Assembly: GCA_963717145.1 (NCBI GenBank)
Contig: OY970325.1
Span: forward strand, 4,736,001 to 4,800,000
DNA: 64,000 nt
Direction of reading: 5' to 3'
DNA from: an uncultured Armatimonadetes bacterium
GTDB taxonomy: Bacteria; Armatimonadota; UBA5829; DTJY01
This document shows positions 37,829 to 46,191 of the stretch, in pieces (positions within the stretch are counted from its first letter, which is position 1; each line of letters opens with the position of its first letter). Below the pieces are notes generated by a model that had not been told where the DNA came from, searched no databases, and saw only the letters and a program-made list of their open reading frames with translations. The position numbers and the translations under genes were made by a program.

Positions 37829-38896
37829 CGCTCTCCTTAACAGATACAGAAAGAACGGTGCGCCGAGCAGGGCGGTGATGATCCCCACCGGGATCTCACC
37901 CGGGGCCATCACCGTGCGCGCGACCGTGTCCGCCGCGATCATCATCAGAGCGCCGAGCAGGGCCGAGCATGGAATCAGTATCCGATGATCCGGCCCGACG
38001 AGCCGACGCGTGATGTGCGGCACCATCAATCCTACGAATCCGATTGTTCCGCTAACGGATACCGCCGCCGCCGTGAGAAGCGCTGTTGCGGCGATCAGCT
38101 TCCTCTTCAGCGACTCGGTCTCGATCCCGAGATGCCTCGCCGATTCCTCACCGAGCGCGAACAGGTTCAGGTCGCGGGCGTAGGCATACAACACGAACGA
38201 GCCCACGACCGTGAATGGAAGGATCACCAAGACTCGCTGCCAGGGATCCGATCCGGCGAAACTGCCCATCGTCCAGAAGACGATCGTCTCCAGGTTCTCG
38301 CTGGAAAACGTCATCAGGAATGTCAGCACCGCCCACATGAACGAGCCGACCACAACTCCGGCGAGCAGGAACGAGAGCACGGAGACCTTGCCGGCTCTCA
38401 TCGCCAGACCGTAGACGATGCCGACCGCGATCAGCGCGAAAAAGAACGCCAGAACAGGGATGCCGAAGCCCATCATCCAGCCCTGAATCCCCAGGATCAC
38501 TCCGATGCCCGCGCCGACCGCCGCGCCCGACGAGACCCCTATCATGTATGGGTCCGCGAGCGGATTCAGCAGCAGGCCCTGGAGCGACGCTCCGGCCACC
38601 GCGAGCGACAGCCCGACGAGCGCGGCCAGAAGCGTCCGTGGGACGTGGAACTGCCAGACGATCGAGTCTACTCCCTCGGGCAGGCGGAAATGCACGGCTT
38701 TGCCTATGATCGGAAGATGATTGACGACGGTCTTTGCCACATCGGCCAACGGGACATTGACGGCTCCCAATCCGGCGCTGACGATGACGGCCGCGACCAG
38801 CAGCACCAGCAGGATCGCCGATGCGCGCAGGAGTCTCGCCGTCAGATTGAGCCTGACCTGGGGTATGTGCGCCGTTTCAGAGTTTGCCGAAGACAT
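37823..38896 (-). CDS. FecCD/BtuC family ABC importer permease
   Basis: PRTLLAALVG, LQGLL.NPLADP, GEESARHLG, IGFVGL.VPH, EIPVGIITALLGAPFF. Confidence 0.93.
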   Translation of the reverse strand: MSSANSETAHIPQVRLNLTARLLRASAILLVLLVAAVIVSAGLGAVNVPLADVAKTVVNHLPIIGKAVHFRLPEGVDSIVWQFHVPRTLLAALVGLSLAVAGASLQGLLLNPLADPYMIGVSSGAAVGAGIGVILGIQGWMMGFGIPVLAFFFALIAVGIVYGLAMRAGKVSVLSFLLAGVVVGSFMWAVLTFLMTFSSENLETIVFWTMGSFAGSDPWQRVLVILPFTVVGSFVLYAYARDLNLFALGEESARHLGIETESLKRKLIAATALLTAAAVSVSGTIGFVGLMVPHITRRLVGPDHRILIPCSALLGALMMIAADTVARTVMAPGEIPVGIITALLGAPFFLYLLRRAS

Positions 38897-39758
38897 CGGG
38901 ATGGATCAGTCTCGCGATCGCTTTCAGGCCGTCGGTCAGTCGCGGACCGGGCCGGACGAGGAGATCAGGATCGACCGCGTGCACTCGCTTCTTCTTTGCG
39001 GCGCTCGTGCCGGCCCAGAGCCCCTTGGAGAAAACTTTGCTGTCGCCGGCTGTAGTATATATGATAACGTCCGGCTTGCGCCAGACCGCCGCTTCGGCGG
39101 AGAACTGATTGAAGCCCGTTTTCGCGTCCGAGGCGAGGTTCGTCCCGCCGGAGAGCCGGATCATCTCATCGATGAAGGTCTTCGGGCCGGCCGCCCAGAG
39201 CGGGTCGCCCTGGACCGCGACCAGCACCTTCGGCTTGGCCTTGATGCCGGCGGATTTCTTCTTGATCAGCGAGATCGTCGATTTCATGTTCGTGACGATC
39301 TTCACCGCCTGCTTCTCGCGGTTGGTCATCAGCCCGATCGTCCTGATGTCGCGCATCGCTTCGTCGAGAGTCTTCGGATCGAATGCGACCACGACGATCT
39401 TGTGCTTCTCGAGCGACCGGACCGCCTCGTCGTTCAGGAATCCGTGCGCCAGCACGAGGTCCGGCTTGAGGGAAACTACCTTCTCGACGCTCGTCGTCAG
39501 GTCGCCGACCTGAGTCTTCTTCTTCGCGGCGGCGGGGTAGTTGCAGAACTTCGTCACGCCGATGATCTGCTTGTCGAGCCCGAGCGCGAAGAGGATCTCC
39601 GTGTTGCTCGGCGCGATCGACACGATCCGCTTCGGCTCGCGGACGATCTTGATCGCCTTCCCCCGGCAGTCCTTCACGGTCACCGGGTACTTCGTCGCCC
39701 CCGCGACACACGGCAGCAGAAACAGGGTCAGGAATATGGTAGCCAATCTTCTTATCAT
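38877..39758 (-). CDS. BtuF/HutB-like substrate-binding protein (cobalamin/iron chelate)
   Basis: YPVTVKD, PKRIVSIAPSNTEILFALG, RPGPRL; signal peptide. Confidence 0.9.
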   Translation of the reverse strand: MIRRLATIFLTLFLLPCVAGATKYPVTVKDCRGKAIKIVREPKRIVSIAPSNTEILFALGLDKQIIGVTKFCNYPAAAKKKTQVGDLTTSVEKVVSLKPDLVLAHGFLNDEAVRSLEKHKIVVVAFDPKTLDEAMRDIRTIGLMTNREKQAVKIVTNMKSTISLIKKKSAGIKAKPKVLVAVQGDPLWAAGPKTFIDEMIRLSGGTNLASDAKTGFNQFSAEAAVWRKPDVIIYTTAGDSKVFSKGLWAGTSAAKKKRVHAVDPDLLVRPGPRLTDGLKAIARLIHPDVFGKL

Positions 39759-39774
39759 AAGTCTCATTTCTGTG

Positions 39775-39877
39775 GAACACAGATGACACGGACGGGAAGG
39801 GATGATGGGGATGGTCTCAGATTGACCAAATCCCATTCAATCCATTCCATCGTCTGCAATCTGTTTTATCTGTGTTC
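39775..39877. repeat. Empty periodic inverted-repeat element (GAACACAGATGACACGGA ... ATCTGTTTTATCTGTGTTC)
   Basis: Terminal 10-bp IR GAACACAGAT/ATCTGTGTTC and purine-rich versus pyrimidine-rich halves; same style as the arms flanking the GxxExxY gene. Confidence 0.7.
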
Positions 39878-39886
39878 TGACAGGGT

Positions 39887-40612
39887 CTACGATGCCATCG
39901 AGAGCAGCTCCTCGACCTCTTCGGGCTTGAGGAAGCGCCACTCGCCGGGACGCAGGTCGCCGACGGTCAGGTTGCCCAGCTTGATCCGGGTCAATCGTAT
40001 CACGGGATGGCCGACTGTGTCGAGCATTCGGCGGATCTGACGCTTCCGACCCTCGTGGATCGTCAGCTCGATGACGCTCGTCTCCCTGAGAGTGTTCACC
40101 CCGATCAGCCGCACTTTCGCCGGCGCCGTGATGCCGTCGTCGAGGACAACTCCGGTCGCGAGGTGGTGAGCCGTCTGCTCGGCCACCAGACCCCGCACGT
40201 CCGCGCGGTAAGTCTTCGGCACCTGGTGGCTCGGGTGGGTCATCTTGTAGGTGAAATCGCCGTCGTTCGTGAGGATGAGAAGGCCCTCGGTGTCCACATC
40301 GAGCCGGCCGACGGGGTAGAGCGAGGCGCCGATATCCTTCACCAAGTCGACGATCACGCGCTTGGCATGGGGGTCCTGAGTGGTGCTGGTGTATCCTCTC
40401 GGCTTGTTCAGGAGGACGTAGACCTTCTCCGGATGCAGGGCGATGGGCTTGCCGTCAACGGATAGGGTTACCTCGTCCGGATCGACCTTCGTCCAGAGTT
40501 CAGTGACCACCTGCCCGTCGACCGCGACGCGTCCCGCCCTGATCAGTTCCTCAGCTTCCCGCCGCGACGCGACGCCTGCGGCGGCGAGCAACTTTTGCAA
40601 CCGCTGTTCCAT
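39887..40612 (-). CDS. rluB: 23S rRNA pseudouridine synthase RluB/RsuA family
   Basis: S4 domain RLQKLLAAAGVASRR, LNKPRG, PVGRLD, EGRKRQIRRM; downstream of scpAB. Confidence 0.92.
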   Translation of the reverse strand: MEQRLQKLLAAAGVASRREAEELIRAGRVAVDGQVVTELWTKVDPDEVTLSVDGKPIALHPEKVYVLLNKPRGYTSTTQDPHAKRVIVDLVKDIGASLYPVGRLDVDTEGLLILTNDGDFTYKMTHPSHQVPKTYRADVRGLVAEQTAHHLATGVVLDDGITAPAKVRLIGVNTLRETSVIELTIHEGRKRQIRRMLDTVGHPVIRLTRIKLGNLTVGDLRPGEWRFLKPEEVEELLSMAS

Positions 40613-41768
40613 AAGACAGAAATGCCGCCAATCCGAGTGCCGACACGGCCAGGAAATTCCGAGTCCATACCCACAGGCCGAAGGCGAATGTCCGTTTCAC
40701 GCCGGACGCCGCAACCAGCGGAACGGATCCGAGCTTCTCGCCGTTGATATACCCGACCAGCGCGCAAACCCTCTCGCCATCCTGCACGGGAGCGGTGATA
40801 CGAGACCCATCGATCTCATACTTCGTCTCCACGCGGGCAGTGCTTCTAACGATCTTCCCGAGGCTTTGCGTCGGAATCAGGTCCACGCTGCGCTCGACTC
40901 CGCCGCGGACCGGCAGCCTGGTCGCCACCATTCCCTTGTGGGCAAAGCAGACGAGCTTGTAGTTCGTGAAGCCATGATCGAGCAGCGCGGTGCTGTCGTC
41001 CATCGTCTTCGCACTCTTGAGGACGACGCTGATCAGTCGCCAGCCGTTCCTGGTGGCCGATCCCACGAAACAGTGGCCGGCCTCCTTCGTGTAGCCGGTC
41101 TTGATGCCGTCCGCCCCGTCGAACTTCCAGAGCAGCCTGCCCGTGTTCTTGAGAGTGACGTCGAGCGTGCTGATCGATCGCGTGATCCGGTAATGCTTCG
41201 TGCCGACGATCTCGTTGAACTCGGGCATGGCCGCAGCATATCGAGCGATCAGCGCGAGGTCATAGGCGGTGGAATAGTGCTTCGGGTCGTGAAGCCCGTG
41301 CGGATTGACGAAATGAGTGTCCTTCGCGCCGATCTCCTTCGCCTTCTCGTTCATCATGGCGACGAACTTCGGCTCGGCGCCGGCGATGTGCTCCGCGATG
41401 CAGACCGCCGCGTCGTTTGCAGATCGCATCAGGAGCGCGTAGAGCATGTCCCTGAGCGTGATCTTCTCGCCCGGCTTGACGTGCAGCGAACCGAAAGGAG
41501 TCTTGGAGGCACAGGCCGAAGCGGTCAGCACCTCGTCGAGGTTGCCGTGCTCGAGAGCGAGGATGGCGGTCATCATCTTGGTCGTGCTGGCCGGCGGACG
41601 GCGCGCGTGACACGCCTTCTGGGAAAGGACCGTGCCGGTGGTCGCGTCGACGAGGATCGCGGATTCGGCCGTGACCTCAGGCGGCGCCAGAGCATCTGAC
41701 GCATATGCGCCGAATGAGATCAGAAGCGCGCACAGAAAGAGTGTCGCGAGCCTTGCTATTCTGATAAT
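40551..41768 (-). CDS. D-alanyl-D-alanine carboxypeptidase (peptidase S11, DacB/DacF-like); apparent non-canonical start
   Basis: PASTTKMMT (SxxK), SANDA (SxN), IKTGYT (KTG), signal peptide, C-terminal TM. Start probably ATT 41768 or ATC 41765. Confidence 0.88.
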   Translation of the reverse strand: MIRIARLATLFLCALLISFGAYASDALAPPEVTAESAILVDATTGTVLSQKACHARRPPASTTKMMTAILALEHGNLDEVLTASACASKTPFGSLHVKPGEKITLRDMLYALLMRSANDAAVCIAEHIAGAEPKFVAMMNEKAKEIGAKDTHFVNPHGLHDPKHYSTAYDLALIARYAAAMPEFNEIVGTKHYRITRSISTLDVTLKNTGRLLWKFDGADGIKTGYTKEAGHCFVGSATRNGWRLISVVLKSAKTMDDSTALLDHGFTNYKLVCFAHKGMVATRLPVRGGVERSVDLIPTQSLGKIVRSTARVETKYEIDGSRITAPVQDGERVCALVGYINGEKLGSVPLVAASGVKRTFAFGLWVWTRNFLAVSALGLAAFLSYGTAVAKVARRRRRRVAAGS

Positions 41769-42361
41769 GCCACCTCCTCCATCTGAGGCGACTCCTCTAC
41801 CTGCACCAGTTCCAGCGTCTCCGGCGTCTGCTCCGGGAGCACGACGTCCTCCAAGTCCGGCAACTGCGTCAGGTCGTTGAGGCCGAAGTGGTTCAGGAAC
41901 TCCTCGGTCGTTGCATAGAGCATCGGTCGCCCGGCGGTCTCTCTGCGACCGACCTGCTTGATGAGGTGGCGCTCCATGAGAGTCCGGACGACTCCGTCGG
42001 AGTTTACGCCTCGGATCGCCTCGATCTCGGGCTGAGTGATCGGCTGACGGTACGCGATGATCGCCACGGTCTCGAGCGCCGCACGGGAAAGCTTCATCCG
42101 CTCGGGCTTGAGGAGCTTCGACACGTGATCTGCGTACTCGGGCCGCGTGCACATCTGGTACCCCCCGGCGATCCGGAGTATCTGCAGCCCGCGACCGCCG
42201 TAGTCGAGCCGCAGTTCGTGGATCGCCGCATCGACGACCGCCTCGTCGATCTCGAGCGACTTGGCGACATGAGCCGTCATCAAGGGCTGCGGAGACACGA
42301 ACAACATGCACTCCAGCACCGGTTTCAGGTTTACGTCAAGTATGCTAGTATCTTCGCTCAT
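41756..42361 (-). CDS. scpB: SMC-Scp complex subunit ScpB
   Basis: LSRAALETVAIIAYRQPIT..EIEAIRGVNS, GRPMLYATT..FL.HFGL. Confidence 0.95.
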   Translation of the reverse strand: MSEDTSILDVNLKPVLECMLFVSPQPLMTAHVAKSLEIDEAVVDAAIHELRLDYGGRGLQILRIAGGYQMCTRPEYADHVSKLLKPERMKLSRAALETVAIIAYRQPITQPEIEAIRGVNSDGVVRTLMERHLIKQVGRRETAGRPMLYATTEEFLNHFGLNDLTQLPDLEDVVLPEQTPETLELVQVEESPQMEEVALSE

Positions 42362-42374
42362 GATTTCAAATGCA

Positions 42375-42907
42375 GAACACAGAAACACGGAAGGACACAG
42401 AAATACAGAAGGGTTAGGGAATTCTCTCTTTGTTGCCCAAGCGCTTGATCTCCAGTGTAGGCCTGCCGAAGTTCAGGATCAGCGCGACCTGCTTCTCAGT
42501 AGCCTTCAGGTAAGACAGAGTGGTAGCTTTATCAGCCTGGCATATCTGCTCTTTGGCTTTCAATTCGACAATCACCTTGTCATCCACCAGCATGTCAAGC
42601 CGATGGACCCCCACTGCCTGTCCTTCGTACAGCAAGTCGATGGTGATCTGGCGGCCGAAAGGGATCTTACAGGCTTGGAACTCGATTGCCAAAGCGTTCT
42701 CATATACTGATTCCAGGAAACCCGGTCCCAGTGTCTTGTGCACTTTGATGGCGCAGCCAAGAATCCGATCCGTCAACTCCTTGTACAGCCCGTCGAAATC
42801 CACATCAGGCTGTGGCACAAACGGCATCTCCCTCGTGTCCTCCCGTCCCAATATACTTCTGTGTTTCCTATCCTTCCGTGCTTCTGTGTTCTTCCGCCCT
42901 GTGTTCC
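42375..42907 (-). mobile_element. GxxExxY gene bracketed by periodic inverted repeats, between scpA and scpB
   Basis: Left arm GAACACAGAAACACGGAAGGA... (42375-42411) matches the reverse complement of the right arm (42856-42907) at 20/21 nt in the core. Confidence 0.65.
42414..42827 (-). CDS. GxxExxY protein (PD-(D/E)xK nuclease-like)
   Basis: VHKTLGPGFLESVYE, RLDMLVDDKVIVELKA, LILNFG. Start ATG 42827 or TTG 42851. Confidence 0.92.
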   Translation of the reverse strand: MPFVPQPDVDFDGLYKELTDRILGCAIKVHKTLGPGFLESVYENALAIEFQACKIPFGRQITIDLLYEGQAVGVHRLDMLVDDKVIVELKAKEQICQADKATTLSYLKATEKQVALILNFGRPTLEIKRLGNKERIP

Positions 42908-43650
42908 TCCGGCGCCGGTTTGATGCAGATGTCGCCGAGGGCTTTCTTCTGTTGCAGGCGGATCTTCCTCAGGCGCAGCAGTTCGAGTATCGCCAGGAAT
43001 GTGATCACTATATCCACCCGCGTCGGCGGCCCGATGAACAGGTCGCGGAAGCCGAGGCCATCGGGATGCGCGCGGACGTGCCGCCAGACCTCGCTCATCT
43101 TCATCCTGAGTGTTATCTTCTGCCGCTGGAGGCTCGTTACCTCTTCCGTGCCCTCGCCGACTTCCTCCAGCATCTGCTGGAGCGCGAAGAGCAGGTCCAT
43201 CGCCTGCGCGTTCATCGGAATCACCGGCGCATCGTAGCCGGCCAGCTCATCCGTGACGCGCCAGTACGTCGTCCGCCGGTCATCCTCGGACTGTTTGAGT
43301 GACTCGGCCGCGTACTTGAACCGCTCGTACTCCAGCAGCCGTTCGACCAGTTCCGCCCGCGGGTCGATCCCTTCCTCGCCTTCCTCATCGCTCTTCTCGA
43401 TCGGCAGGAGCAGCCGCGACTTGATCTCCAGCAGGGTCGCAGCCATGACGAAGAACTCGCCGGCGACGTTCAGATCGAGCGATTCCATGAGCTGGAGGTA
43501 GTGCAGGTACTGATCGGTCACTTCCGCGATCGGGATGTCGTAGATATCCACCTTGTGCTCGCGGATGAGGTGCAGGAGTAGATCGAGGGGACCCTCGAAC
43601 GCCGGGAGCTTGATCGTGTATCCGGGTTGTGGTGGGGTCTGTACTGACAT
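42868..43650 (-). CDS. scpA: Segregation and condensation protein ScpA
   Basis: FEGPLDLLLHLI, DIYDIPI, MAATLLEIKSR.LLP, TFLAILEL. Confidence 0.95.
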   Translation of the reverse strand: MSVQTPPQPGYTIKLPAFEGPLDLLLHLIREHKVDIYDIPIAEVTDQYLHYLQLMESLDLNVAGEFFVMAATLLEIKSRLLLPIEKSDEEGEEGIDPRAELVERLLEYERFKYAAESLKQSEDDRRTTYWRVTDELAGYDAPVIPMNAQAMDLLFALQQMLEEVGEGTEEVTSLQRQKITLRMKMSEVWRHVRAHPDGLGFRDLFIGPPTRVDIVITFLAILELLRLRKIRLQQKKALGDICIKPAPEEHRAEEHRSTEG

Positions 43651-43657
43651 GATAGTA

Positions 43658-43732
43658 TTTCAGTTTTTCAGTTCGTCAGTTTGACAGTAGATCAGGTAGC
43701 TGACTGACAAACCGAGATACTGACCGGCTAAC
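43658..43732. repeat. Degenerate 8-mer periodic inverted repeat (TCAGTT units versus ACTGAC units)
   Basis: TTTCAGTT TTTCAGTT CGTCAGTT TGACAGT ... CTGACTGAC AAACCGA GATACTGAC CGGCTAAC. Confidence 0.6.
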
Positions 43733-43801
43733 AGAGTATTCGCGCTCGATGGGGTGCAGTTCCTCCCCGCATCGGGGGTTGTCTGCACGAAATCAGGGCT
43801 C

Positions 43802-44437
43802 TTAGTAGGGTATGCCGGTCAACAACGCGAACAGGATGCGCAGCGGGGGTCGGATCATGTCGCCCACAATTCCCGTGAACAACAAGCCGAGGAGAACGAG
43901 CATCCCGAACTTGCCCATAAAGACATCGTAACGCCGGGCCTGGTCGTAAGGGAGCAGGCTCGAGAGAATGTGCGATCCGTCGAGCGGCGGGACGGGGATC
44001 ATGTTGAACAGAGCCAGCATCAGGTTCAGTTGGATGCACGTTGCCACGAGTCCGAGGTAGTTCATCCCTGCTACCTGATGGACCATGAGCCTGAGGAGGA
44101 CGGAGAGCGCGCACGCGAACAGAATGTTGGAGAACGGTCCCCAGAGCGAAACCTTCAGGTTGCCCCATCTCGGGCTCTTGAAGCGCATCGGATTGACGGG
44201 CACCGGCTTCCCCCAGGCGATACCGAACCCGCCGAGCATCATGAAGACGAACATGATCGTGCCCAGCGGATCGAGGTGATCGATCGGATTGAACGACACC
44301 CGCCCGGCGCGCTGAGCCGTGTCGTCGCCCTGAGCGAGGGCCGCCCGGGCGTGCGCATACTCGTGGACCGTCAGTGCCGTCAGGAACGCCACCGCCATTA
44401 TCAGCATTTCCTGAACGCTCGGAATATCTCGAAACAT
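43802..44437 (-). CDS. Site-2 protease (peptidase M50)
   Basis: HEYAH, GDDTA..AGR, GPFSN, FNMIPVPPLDGS. Confidence 0.93.
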   Translation of the reverse strand: MFRDIPSVQEMLIMAVAFLTALTVHEYAHARAALAQGDDTAQRAGRVSFNPIDHLDPLGTIMFVFMMLGGFGIAWGKPVPVNPMRFKSPRWGNLKVSLWGPFSNILFACALSVLLRLMVHQVAGMNYLGLVATCIQLNLMLALFNMIPVPPLDGSHILSSLLPYDQARRYDVFMGKFGMLVLLGLLFTGIVGDMIRPPLRILFALLTGIPY

Positions 44438-44451
44438 CTAACTCCTCAAGT

Positions 44452-44578
44452 TGGTGGGGAATGGTTGATGGGAAATGGTTGATGGTTCATGGCTGATGGT
44501 TGATGGGGGCCGGTCCTTCATTCCCCATTAGCCATCAGCCATGAACCATTTCCCATCAACCATCAGCCATCAACCATT
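44452..44578. repeat. Heptamer-periodic inverted repeat (GATGGTT/GATGGCT versus AACCATC/AGCCATC)
   Basis: About 7 units per arm around a short spacer; overlaps the lysA stop. A second copy is split by IS481 (46173-46191 + 47264-47331). Confidence 0.88.
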
Positions 44579-45898
44579 CAGTTTCTCAGGGATGACGTCG
44601 TTCTTGACAACATCATCGAGCGTCTCGCGCTTCACGATGACGTCGGCCTGTCCGTCGGCGACGAGGACCACCGCCGGGCGCGGGAAACGATTGTAGTTGC
44701 TGGCCATCGAGTAGTTGTACGCGCCGGTGCACAGGACCGCGATGATGTCCCCGGACTCGACGGGCGCGATCGTGGTATTCGCGATCAGCGTGTCCGTTTC
44801 GCAGTGTTTCCCTGCAATGGTGACGATCTCCGACGCAGCCGCGTTCGCCCTGTTTGCGATGAGAGCCGTGTAGACCGCCTGGTAGAGCCCCGGACGCGGA
44901 TTGTCCATCAACCCGCCGTCGACCGCGACGTAGGTCCGATGCCCGGGATCCTCTGTGATCGGCACCGTCTTGATCGGGCCGACAGCATAGAGAGTCGTCC
45001 CCGCCGTGCCGACGATCGATCGCCCGGGCTCCTGGATCAACTTCGGCTCGTGGCTGATCGCGGACTCCTTCAGGCATCGGATGAACGTGCCGACCACCGT
45101 CGCCGCGAACTCGTCGATCGTCGGTGGGATCTGCTCCTCCACATATTGAATGCCGAGCCCACCGCCGGTGTTGACCTCCTCGACCTCGTAACCCGTCTCG
45201 TCGAGGACCTGCTTGATGAACTCCACGAAGATGCACACCGCGCCACTGTGGGCCTCGGTGTCGAGAAGCTGCGAGCCGACGTGGCAGTGGACCCCCCAGA
45301 GCCTGATGCCGGGGCATTCGAGCGCGCGTCTGACCGCGGTCATCGCCGTGCCGTCCTCGATGTTCATCCCGAACTTCGTGTCCGCCTGGCCGGTCCGGAT
45401 CAGCTTGTGCGTGTGCGGATCGATGCCGGGAGTGAGTCGGAGCAGGATGTCCGCCTTCTTCCTCGCCGCCACCGCCAGCGAGTTCAGAAGCTCCAACTCG
45501 CGCAGGTTATCGACGACGATTCGCCCGACGCCGTGGTCGAGGCCCATCGAAAGCTCGCCCTCGGTCTTGTTCACCCCATGGAAGTAGATCCGCTCGACCG
45601 GGAACTCGGCCTTGAGCGCCGTATACAGTTCCCCGGCGGAGGCGACATCGAGCGACATCCCCTCCTGGTCGAGGATCCGGCACATAGCGGTGTTCAGGAA
45701 CGCCTTGCCCGCAAAGGCGATGTCGGTGTTCGGGTAGCGCTTCCTGAAGCTCTCGAGGTATTCGCGGCAGTTCTGTCGAACGAGCGCCTCGTCCATCACG
45801 TAGAGCGGCGTCCCGAAGCTCTGCGCGAGTTCGACTGTGTCGCATCCACCGATCTCGAGGTGGCCTCTTGAGTTGATCTTCTGCGTCCCGAAAAGCAT
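44570..45898 (-). CDS. lysA: Diaminopimelate decarboxylase
   Basis: FGTPLYV, AGKAF (PLP Lys), HCHVGSQ, GGGLG, EPGRSIV, GKHCE, GAYNYSMASNYN. Confidence 0.95.
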   Translation of the reverse strand: MLFGTQKINSRGHLEIGGCDTVELAQSFGTPLYVMDEALVRQNCREYLESFRKRYPNTDIAFAGKAFLNTAMCRILDQEGMSLDVASAGELYTALKAEFPVERIYFHGVNKTEGELSMGLDHGVGRIVVDNLRELELLNSLAVAARKKADILLRLTPGIDPHTHKLIRTGQADTKFGMNIEDGTAMTAVRRALECPGIRLWGVHCHVGSQLLDTEAHSGAVCIFVEFIKQVLDETGYEVEEVNTGGGLGIQYVEEQIPPTIDEFAATVVGTFIRCLKESAISHEPKLIQEPGRSIVGTAGTTLYAVGPIKTVPITEDPGHRTYVAVDGGLMDNPRPGLYQAVYTALIANRANAAASEIVTIAGKHCETDTLIANTTIAPVESGDIIAVLCTGAYNYSMASNYNRFPRPAVVLVADGQADVIVKRETLDDVVKNDVIPEKLNG

Positions 45899-45983
45899 CT
45901 TCCGACTCCTCGCCCGGGTCGTGTCCCGAGACATATAAAAAAGGAACCAGTGGGCCGCAGAACACGCGGACTGGTTCGCCCAT

Positions 45984-46012
45984 AATCTACCAGAATTCCG
46001 CCCCGATGTCAA
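45984..46012 (-). promoter_or_regulatory. Sigma70-type promoter of the lysA operon
   Basis: Minus strand TTGACA-17 bp-TAGATT with extended TG. Confidence 0.7.
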
Positions 46013-46055
46013 ATAGCACCAAGCGCGAGGTGTCCAAGCGAGGCCTGTCTCGCAC

Positions 46056-46084
46056 TTGACACAGTTCTTGAGCAGTGCTAATAT
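46056..46084 (+). promoter_or_regulatory. Divergent sigma70-type promoter facing the EPS locus
   Basis: TTGACA-17 bp-TAATAT with extended TG. Confidence 0.65.
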
Positions 46085-46191
46085 CGGGTCAATTGTGCAG
46101 TACTGAAAGCGCCTGTCCCAGCAGGGCAATGCGTTCGAGCGCATGCTTGCCGGGCCGGGCGTTCCTGTGTCGGAGATGGTTGATGGTTGAT

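Noticed and set aside
39759-39886. Cobalamin riboswitch upstream of the btuF-like gene
   Set aside because: No recognisable B12-box or conserved core; the region is explained by a repeat hairpin.
41769-42311. About 180-aa N-terminal extension of the carboxypeptidase overlapping scpB
   Set aside because: Arg-rich alternate-frame read of scpB; the SD and signal peptide point to a start near 41768.
44452-44578. Periodic repeats (also 42375, 43658, 47264) as a possible CRISPR array
   Set aside because: Units are 7-9 nt tandem and arranged as inverted arms; there are no 25-45 bp repeats with unique spacers and no cas genes.
45899-46012. Lysine riboswitch upstream of lysA
   Set aside because: The predicted leader is only about 80 nt and lacks the multi-helix L-box architecture.
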